Below are positions 1 through 6,770 of a stretch of DNA of 64,000 nt, piece by piece; position 1 is the stretch's first letter; each line of letters begins with the position of its first letter. The stretch spans positions 32,001 to 96,000 of the forward strand of contig JAZSIR010000001.1 in assembly GCA_045533905.1 (NCBI GenBank), in the 5' to 3' direction. The translations under genes were made by a program, and so were the position numbers. Under the pieces are notes generated by a model. That model was not told the DNA's origin. It saw only the letters and a list, made by a program, of their open reading frames with translations, and did no database searches. Origin of the DNA: Clostridia bacterium (GTDB taxonomy: Bacteria; Bacillota; Clostridia; UMGS1883; UMGS1540).

Positions 1-2
1 TG

Positions 3-3000
3 TCTTTGCACGTGAATGTAATCCCCAGGCGCGTCAATCCCAAAACTTTCAAAGGTGCTTTTAACAAACTCGTCCGAATAGTTGCTCTCACGCCTCGCGG
101 GGACGCTTTCAACCGCTTTTATATAGTCGGAGTCTTTGAGAGAAAAATCACTCTTGACAATTTTTTGGGGGTGTGATATATTATCCCTAGAGTAGTTCTC
201 TTTAACGTCTTGGACGTACGCCTTGCGGATTTCATGCAAATCAGCGAGATATTGAGAACTACTCTGTTTTTTATGTATAGCATCAATCAAGCCATACAGG
301 TTTGGAATACTATCTATCCCCGTTTTTACCATTTGCTTGTTAATAAGAAGTTTTTCTCTGTTATATTCCGTTGTTATTGCTTCGACATAATAAATCACAT
401 CACCCGGCATTACTTTTACATAAATCAAACCCGGATCACCATTTGCGTTTGTTTTGTAAAATACTTTATCGTAATTTTCAACAATATACGGAATTAGCTC
501 AACATCTGCTTCGGTAACAGGGTATTTTTCATTTGTTTTTTTGCCGTGGGAGTTCTTGATATGCCGAATATCATTATCGCGCAACGCATGAGAATAACCC
601 GATATATCCACATCAGAAGATACTTCATTTATCAAATCCCTTCCAACCTTTAGGAATTTAATGTAAGATTTTTCATTATCGTTTAGATAGGCTTTTTCTA
701 TGTACCGGTTGATGTCAGATTGCGTAACCTCAAAATCAAACACTTTATCCGCATATCCTAATGTCTTCAAGGAAAAGTCCACACCGCCCTCTGGAGCGGT
801 GTTCTTTTGTCCGTCTATTCTCTTGAGTGAATAGCTCTTTTCTTCCGATTCTCTGAAGAGATTTTCGAGGACATTTCTAAAAGCTCGGCTTCCGTTGCGT
901 TGGGATTGTCTCGGCAAAACTCCAACATTTTGATTGTGTCTTCCGCCTCCCAGGTTTCGAAGATTATTTTGACTACTGTTGACATTTTGCAACCAACTTC
1001 CTTGAGATACCCTTTGAGCAAAACTTGGTTTTCCGTTAATACCCTTGCCATCTTCTTCGTCCTCCAATAAATCAATTAAAATATCTAATTCAAAGCTTCC
1101 GTCATCGCCTTTTCTTTCGTAGAGGATTGTAGGATGTTCTGGGGTTTCCGTGCTGTATATGGCAAACAAAGCTTCTCCGTCAATTCTGCCTTTATACCAA
1201 CATCCAACCGTATCTGCGATTCTTTTAGGTTCGTGATTCTCAACCTGCCGAATCCAGTCTTCCAGCATTTTGAACTGCGTTGCGTTCAAATCTGTGCGCC
1301 ATTTTAACGAATAGCTTGTATTTCCATTATACTCCGCTCCCATGTTTTTTTCAAGAGTATCGGAGGAATTCTCTTTTTTGAGAGAAATTTCATTCTTGAC
1401 AGAATTTGAATTTTGTGGTATATTGTCATTAGAAACACTATCCCGTGTAGCCTGTCTTTCGGCAGGCAATCTGGTCATTCTTTCGAGAAGACCAATCTCG
1501 GCGGTAGTGTTTTCTTCAATCCCAACAATATCGTATAGGTATTTGTTGCCATCAGAAGCATTCCTAATCAACAGCTCGACATCAAAAGCTCGTACCTTTG
1601 TTATCTTTCCTCGATTATCTTTTATCGGGAAAGCAAAGGAATTAGCATAACGATACATACCATACTTCGCATCCTTATTATGTGTGTGCTGCGTCTTTTC
1701 CCACCTGCGATTCGTAGCTGTTTCTATCAATTCTCCAAAGCCGTCAACAGCTTTATTTTTACCTCTTGCGGCGGTGCGATTAACCCTACGGAGAAAAGTG
1801 GTGTACTTCGAATGCGTGTACTCTTGCGGCAAATCCTCGCCAATGTAGACCTTCTGCCCACTTTCTATAATCGTATAAACTTCGCCTATATGTTGTGCAA
1901 TGTAGCCTGCAACAGCTTGATGGCTGTTTAATTGCTTGTTGGTCAGTCCACTTTCTTCAATCCATACAAAGCTCTTGCCATCAACATTTTTCAAGCTAAA
2001 GTCTACGCCGTCCTCTGTGTCGGTGTTTTTTTGTGCCTCTGCGGTCTGTTTAGTATGAGCCTTTGCTTCCACCGCCTTTTTGTTTTCCACAGCCTTTGCG
2101 ACAGCAGTCTCAAACATATCGCGAAGACTTGTGATTTCGTCAAGCTTTGGCTGAATCTTTGCTTTTTCTTTGGCGCTCTTGCCTGCAAGAAAATCACGAA
2201 TTTTCCTAATCATCTCGGCAAGATACTCAATGTACTTCCGCAAGCCTTGCTTTGCCTTTTCGTCCGTGCCGTTGATGATGCTGTCAATAGCCTTATGGAA
2301 TCGCGCCTCATCGTTGCCGTAAAGGTAGAGAATGTTGTTTGCAGAAACTTCTTCCATTGCCTTTGCAAGAGATATTTCCTCGCCCTGTGCGGCGTATGCA
2401 CTTCGTTTTTGGTCTGCAACGGTAAATATAGACGGCTCATTGCCGGCAATGTGATTATACATCGCATACACAAACGCGCTGCCTTCTTCAGGGGCAAGGT
2501 CGACAACTCTATGCAGCGCTATTTCGTGCGCCGCATGGAAGACAATAGATACCTTCTGCCCGCCCACTTCTCTTTCAAAATCGAAGTCAATAGGCACTTC
2601 CCCCGTTTGCCTGTTGTACTCGGCGTTGCCTTTTAGGCCCTTTGCCATATACGCCTTTACGCCAAGTCCTTCTGCTAAAAGATTGAGCGTTGCAACCTCG
2701 CTTTGTTTAACATCGCTCGGCAGGTTTTCCGCAAGAACGCCGCTTTCCATATTTACAACTGCATTTCTAAACCTTTCTTTGGCGGCGAGGTCTTCCATTT
2801 TTCTGTCCATCTGCCCTGCCGTGAACGCATCTTCTTGTGCTTTGGATATAAATACGTCCTTGCCTTTTTTAACATTCAAGTCCGGTTGCTTAAAGCCTGT
2901 CATGTACGATGCCTTGACCTCTTCCAGCACTTTGTTAAAGGTTGCCCCGTCTGCATTCGAATAATTGGCCACAAGTTTCGCCCCTTCCTCGCCAAACCCC

Positions 3001-3191
3001 GTGACCTTTCTTACCTCGTCGGCGGTTATCTCCACGCCGTTCTCGGTGAGGACATCTAGTGTTTCGCTGCTTACGATTCCTCTTCTGCGGTTTTCAAGAA
3101 GGGTGTAACCGTCTACTCGATTTTTTCTACCGCGCCCATTGCCTTCCTTATACGCAAAAAGGCTGTGAAACCTAGGTTTCACATCCTTTTC
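3..3191 (-). CDS. Large polyvalent protein (partial, runs off the left edge): zincin-like metallopeptidase + LPD3-like + small unknown domain + PBECR-like RNase
   Basis: Hand translation gives no stop from 3191 to base 3. Motifs: HEIALH (2511-2528) with downstream MEEVSAN; HNKDAKYGMYRY...LLIRNASDGNKYLYDIV (LPD3-like); DIRHIKNSHG...PVTEADVELIPYIVENYD (PBECR-like). Recurrent DFSLK/SYSLK/EISLK linkers. True start codon uncertain. Confidence 0.85.
154..182 (+). promoter_or_regulatory. sigma-A promoter antisense to the polyvalent gene
   Basis: TTGACA (154-159), 17-bp spacer, TATATT (177-182) with extended -10 TG. Confidence 0.75.
189..272 (+). ncRNA. Putative three-way-junction small RNA 1
   Basis: Starts 7 nt after the -10. 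12-bp closing stem AGAGTAGTTCTC (189-200)/GAGAACTACTCT (254-265), inner hairpins 205-217 and 222-248, then GTTTTTT. Confidence 0.65.
781..808 (+). terminator. Intrinsic terminator inside the polyvalent gene linker (antisense orientation)
   Basis: ACACCGC-8 nt-GCGGTGT followed by TCTTTT. Confidence 0.6.
815..1051 (-). CDS. Nested 78-aa protein in an alternate frame of the polyvalent gene (candidate antitoxin/immunity protein)
   Basis: GGAGG (1061-1065) 9 nt before ATG 1051; MARVLTENQVLLKGYLKEVGC...; protein-like helical sequence while the host frame here is linker-like. Confidence 0.7.
   Translation of the reverse strand: MARVLTENQVLLKGYLKEVGCKMSTVVKIIFETWEAEDTIKMLEFCRDNPNATEAELLEMSSKISSENRKKRAIHSRE
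1326..1354 (-). promoter_or_regulatory. Internal sigma-A promoter, sense to the polyvalent gene, upstream of the nested ORF
   Basis: Minus strand TTGAAA (1354-1349), 17-bp spacer, TATAAT (1331-1326). Confidence 0.7.
1396..1424 (+). promoter_or_regulatory. Second antisense sigma-A promoter
   Basis: TTGACA (1396-1401), 17-bp spacer, TATATT (1419-1424) with extended -10 TG. Confidence 0.75.
1431..1516 (+). ncRNA. Putative three-way-junction small RNA 2
   Basis: Starts 7 nt after the -10. Closing stem AAACACTATC (1433-1442)/GGTAGTGTTT (1503-1512), hairpin GCCTGTC-TTTC-GGCAGGC (1450-1467), UUCG-capped hairpin 1472-1494, U-rich tail. Confidence 0.65.
2005..2032 (+). terminator. Intrinsic terminator inside the polyvalent gene linker (antisense orientation)
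   Basis: ACGCCG-10 nt-CGGTGT followed by TTTTTT; homologous to 781-808. Confidence 0.6.
3156..3190 (-). terminator. Terminator after the acyl-CoA synthetase gene
   Basis: Inverted repeat AAAAGGcTGTGAAAC-CTAG-GTTTCACAtCCTTTT. Confidence 0.75.
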
Positions 3192-4820
3192 TTATTTCTC
3201 GATTTGCTTTTTTACGAGGCTTTCGCCGCAGTATTTTTCGCGGAGTTTCGGTTTTTCGATTTTGCCGGTGGGGTTGCGCGGTACATCGGCGAAGATGATG
3301 CGGCGCGGTCTTTTATATCGTGGAAGTGCCTGACAAAACGCTTCGATATCTGCTTCCGTGCAGGTGCTGCCGGGCTGCAGTTCGATAATGGCCGCGGCAA
3401 TCTCGCCGAGTCTGTCATCCGGAAGGCCGATAACGCCCACGTCCTTAATCTCGCGGTTTGTGCGGAGAAAATCTTCAATCTGCACAGGGTAGAGGTTTTC
3501 GCCGCCTGTGATGATAACGTCTTTTTTGCGGTCTACGAGGAAAATGAAGCCATCCGCATCTTCCATGGCCATATCGCCTGTGTAGAGCCAGCCGTCGTGC
3601 AGTACCGCATTTGTGGCCACCTCATCGCGATAATAGCATTTCATAACGCCGGGGCCTTTTACTGCAAGTTCCCCCACTTCGCCACGAGAAACGGTGCTTC
3701 CGTTTTCGTCAATAATCTTCGTTTCCCAAAGATGACCGGCAATACCGATGGCGCCCACCTTATGTATATTCTCTACGCCAAGATGTACACAGCCGGGGCC
3801 GATAGATTCGGAAAGCCCGTAATTGGTATCATATGCGTGATTCGGGAAACGCTCACGCCAGCGCTTTATAAGGCTCGGCGGTACCGGCTGTGCGCCGATA
3901 TGCATGAGCCGCCAAGAAGCAAGGTCATATTCTTCTATATTGACATCGCCGCGGTCAATCGCATCGAGAATATCCTGCGCCCACGGCACGAGAAGCCATA
4001 CGATAGATGCCTTTTCCTCGGAAGCGGCTTTTAAAATCCACTCCGGCTTTACGCCGCGAAGAAGCACTGCTTTGCCGCCGACCAGAAAGCTTCCGAACCA
4101 ATGCATCTTCGCGCCGGTATGATACAGCGGCGGAATGCAGAGGAACACATCGTCCTTCGTTTGCCCGTGGTGTTTATTTTCCGTAATGCACGAGGATATG
4201 AGGCTTCTGTGTGCATGCAAAATAGCCTTGGGGAAGCCTGTGGTGCCGGAAGAAAAGTAGATGGCCGCATCGTCCTCTTCCGAAAGCGGTGCATCCGTAA
4301 AGTCTGCACACATTTCGGGGAGGCGCCCGTTATAATCTACGGCAAAATCGGGTGTATCCTCACCCACAAAGATATATTGTTTCACGCCGGGCATATCGCC
4401 CTTGGCCGCGGTTACGCGTTCTGTAAACTCAGGGCCAAAGATCAAAACATCCACCTCAGCAAGACCCGAGCAATAGGAAATTTCATCTGCTGCATAGCGG
4501 AAATTCATAGGCACGGCCAGTGCGCCCGTTTTGAGAATACCAAAATAGATGGGAAGCCACTCGAGGCAGTTCATAAGAAGGATTGCAACCTTATCCCCCT
4601 TCTTGATGCCAAGCGCTGTGAGCATATTGGCAAAGCGGCAGGCGCTTTCGTCAAACTCGCGCCATGTGATTTCGCGGCGCCCTGCATTTTTTGCGGCCGC
4701 TTCCACTAGCTCAAAATCGCGCCAAGCCTGCTTTTCACGCACCTCGGGGCTGATTTCTACAAGCGCCGCACAGCTACCGTACTTCCTTGCATTTTCTCTT
4801 AAAACCTCAGTAATAACCAT
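3192..4820 (-). CDS. AMP-binding acyl-CoA synthetase (class I adenylate-forming enzyme)
   Basis: YFSSGTTGFPK, YGLSE, GWLYTGD and PRNPTGKI motifs. Confidence 0.93.
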   Translation of the reverse strand: MVITEVLRENARKYGSCAALVEISPEVREKQAWRDFELVEAAAKNAGRREITWREFDESACRFANMLTALGIKKGDKVAILLMNCLEWLPIYFGILKTGALAVPMNFRYAADEISYCSGLAEVDVLIFGPEFTERVTAAKGDMPGVKQYIFVGEDTPDFAVDYNGRLPEMCADFTDAPLSEEDDAAIYFSSGTTGFPKAILHAHRSLISSCITENKHHGQTKDDVFLCIPPLYHTGAKMHWFGSFLVGGKAVLLRGVKPEWILKAASEEKASIVWLLVPWAQDILDAIDRGDVNIEEYDLASWRLMHIGAQPVPPSLIKRWRERFPNHAYDTNYGLSESIGPGCVHLGVENIHKVGAIGIAGHLWETKIIDENGSTVSRGEVGELAVKGPGVMKCYYRDEVATNAVLHDGWLYTGDMAMEDADGFIFLVDRKKDVIITGGENLYPVQIEDFLRTNREIKDVGVIGLPDDRLGEIAAAIIELQPGSTCTEADIEAFCQALPRYKRPRRIIFADVPRNPTGKIEKPKLREKYCGESLVKKQIEK

Positions 4821-4964
4821 GTATACCGTCCTTCCGTACTGCATAATGTACTATTTATACAGTATACCGCAAAAAAAGGAGTTTGTAAATACCCAAAATT
4901 TCTTTTCGCATACTTTTTCTGTTTGTGCACAAGATAAGAAAAGTATATAAAAAGGAGAACCCCA

Positions 4965-6212
4965 ATGTCTCTCATCCGCATCCGTCCCACGGGGCCGCTT
5001 TCGGGCACTGTGCGCATTGCCGGTGCCAAAAATGCGGCGCTCCCTATCCTTGCCGCAACGCTTTTAGCCTCTTCCCCCTGCACGCTCTATGAAATCCCGC
5101 CGCTCTCCGATGTGTACAATATGCTGGAAATTATCAAAAAACTCGGCGCGGTATGTTTGCCTTCTTCAAAAGGGCTTCACATTGACACGCGCGGCGTGCA
5201 AAACCTCGAAGCCGCCTACACGGATACAAGCCGCCTTCGTGCCTCTTTTCTCATTGCGGGGCCGCTTCTTGCCAAGTACGGCCGCTTCAAAATTGCGCTT
5301 CCCGGCGGCTGTAAAATCGGCACGCGCCCTATCGACCTCCATCTGAAAGGCTTTGCCGCGATGGGCGCGCAGCTTACACATACACACGGCTATATAGAAG
5401 CAGAAGCTGCCCGGCTTCGGGGCGCAAATATATATCTGGACTTCCCGAGTGTTGGGGCAACGGAAAACATCATGCTGGCCGCGTGCCTCGCTGACGGGCA
5501 GACCGTAATTGAAAACGCGGCAGTGGAGCCGGAAATCACCGACCTTGCAACCTTTCTGTCCCGTATGGGTGCAGAGGTGCGCGGTGCCGGCACGGATACT
5601 GTCAAGATATGGGGAAAGCCTTCTCTGCACGCCGCCGAGCACACCATCATTCCCGACAGGATTGAGGCCGGCACCTTTATGGTGGCCGCGGCCATTACGG
5701 GAGGGCGGGTGGAACTTCGAAACATTGTGCCCGAGCATATAAAGCCGCTTTCGGCAAAGCTTCGTGAAATGGGCGTGCGGATTACGGAAAGTGAGACCTC
5801 CGCCCTTATAGAGGCCGGTGCGGAGCTTATACCCACCGATATCAAAACGCTTCCCTTCCCCGGTTTCCCCACGGACATGCAGTCCCAGCTTTGTGCGCTT
5901 ATGAGTGTGGCGCAGGGCACGGGCATTATCACGGAAACGGTTTTTGAAAATCGTTTCATGCACGTAAACGAGCTTCGGCGTATGGGCGCCGACATTACTA
6001 TTGAAGGGCGCGCCGCCATCGTGAAAGGAAGGGCGCATCTTATGGGTACGCGCGTGGCCGCCCCAGACCTTCGTGCCGGTGCGGCGCTTGTGCTTGCGGG
6101 CCTTGTGGCCGACGGCGAAACAGAAATCGAAGGTGCAGAATATATTGCGCGGGGGTACGCGCATTTCCCTGAGAAGCTCCGTGCGCTTGGAGCAGATATG
6201 CAGGCAAGATAA
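4965..6212 (+). CDS. murA: UDP-N-acetylglucosamine 1-carboxyvinyltransferase
   Basis: GAKNAALP, LPGGCKIGTRPIDLH, PGFPTDMQ, DLRAGAAL. Confidence 0.97.
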   Translation: MSLIRIRPTGPLSGTVRIAGAKNAALPILAATLLASSPCTLYEIPPLSDVYNMLEIIKKLGAVCLPSSKGLHIDTRGVQNLEAAYTDTSRLRASFLIAGPLLAKYGRFKIALPGGCKIGTRPIDLHLKGFAAMGAQLTHTHGYIEAEAARLRGANIYLDFPSVGATENIMLAACLADGQTVIENAAVEPEITDLATFLSRMGAEVRGAGTDTVKIWGKPSLHAAEHTIIPDRIEAGTFMVAAAITGGRVELRNIVPEHIKPLSAKLREMGVRITESETSALIEAGAELIPTDIKTLPFPGFPTDMQSQLCALMSVAQGTGIITETVFENRFMHVNELRRMGADITIEGRAAIVKGRAHLMGTRVAAPDLRAGAALVLAGLVADGETEIEGAEYIARGYAHFPEKLRALGADMQAR

Positions 6213-6244
6213 AAGAGACATACCAAACGGTATGTCTCTTTTTT
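6212..6244. terminator. Bidirectional terminator
   Basis: AAAAGAGACATACC-AAAC-GGTATGTCTCTTTT between convergent genes. Confidence 0.8.
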
Positions 6245-6731
6245 ACGCGGTTTTATGAAAGTGCTTACAAATTTTTCTTCCAAGCGTTACAAGTGTAATG
6301 CTGAAAAGCGCGCCTGCCGTATCGATGCAGACATCAAAAAATTCACAGCTTCGGCCTTTGACAAAGTTCTGGTGTACCTCATCACTCACCGCATACAAAA
6401 CACAGATGAGAAGTGCCCAAAGCCACACGCCTTTTTTGTTCCGGAAGGAAATGGCGGTGCAGAGGGCAAAAATACCCAGTACAAAATAAAGACAGAAGTG
6501 CGCCGTTTTTCGCACGATGCGCGTCATAAGTGACTGCGTTTTCGGCTTGTTTGTGTCGAGCTTCGGGAATACCTTTTTCACCACCGCTTCCACCTTCTTT
6601 TGTACGGCGCCGCTTACGGCAGATGACTTTTTCGCCGGCTGTGCGGAAAAGAAAAAAATCACGCCCATCCAGAGGCACAAAAGCACGAGGCTCAGTATTC
6701 TTTTAAACACCAGAAGTTCTCCTTTCCACAA
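6243..6731 (-). CDS. VanZ family membrane protein
   Basis: IFFFSAQ, VRKTAHF, YAVSDEVHQNFVKGR, DVCID. Confidence 0.9.
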   Translation of the reverse strand: MWKGELLVFKRILSLVLLCLWMGVIFFFSAQPAKKSSAVSGAVQKKVEAVVKKVFPKLDTNKPKTQSLMTRIVRKTAHFCLYFVLGIFALCTAISFRNKKGVWLWALLICVLYAVSDEVHQNFVKGRSCEFFDVCIDTAGALFSITLVTLGRKICKHFHKTA

Positions 6732-6770
6732 ATGACATTGGCGGGGCGTTTTTGCCCCGCCAAGCCTTTC

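Noticed and set aside
189-1516. The two structured RNAs as tRNA genes
   Set aside because: Only two inner arms, no GTTC T-loop, no D-loop GG in position and no CCA end.
210-3059. Plus-strand ORFs (210-497, 1342-1650, 1932-2636 and others) as genes driven by the antisense promoters
   Set aside because: They lack convincing RBSs, read like reverse-complement shadows, and the RNA stems with U-tracts end soon after the promoters.
1-3191. Stop-codon recoding as the reason no long ORF was called
   Set aside because: The frame has no internal stops in the standard code; it was missed only because it leaves the window.
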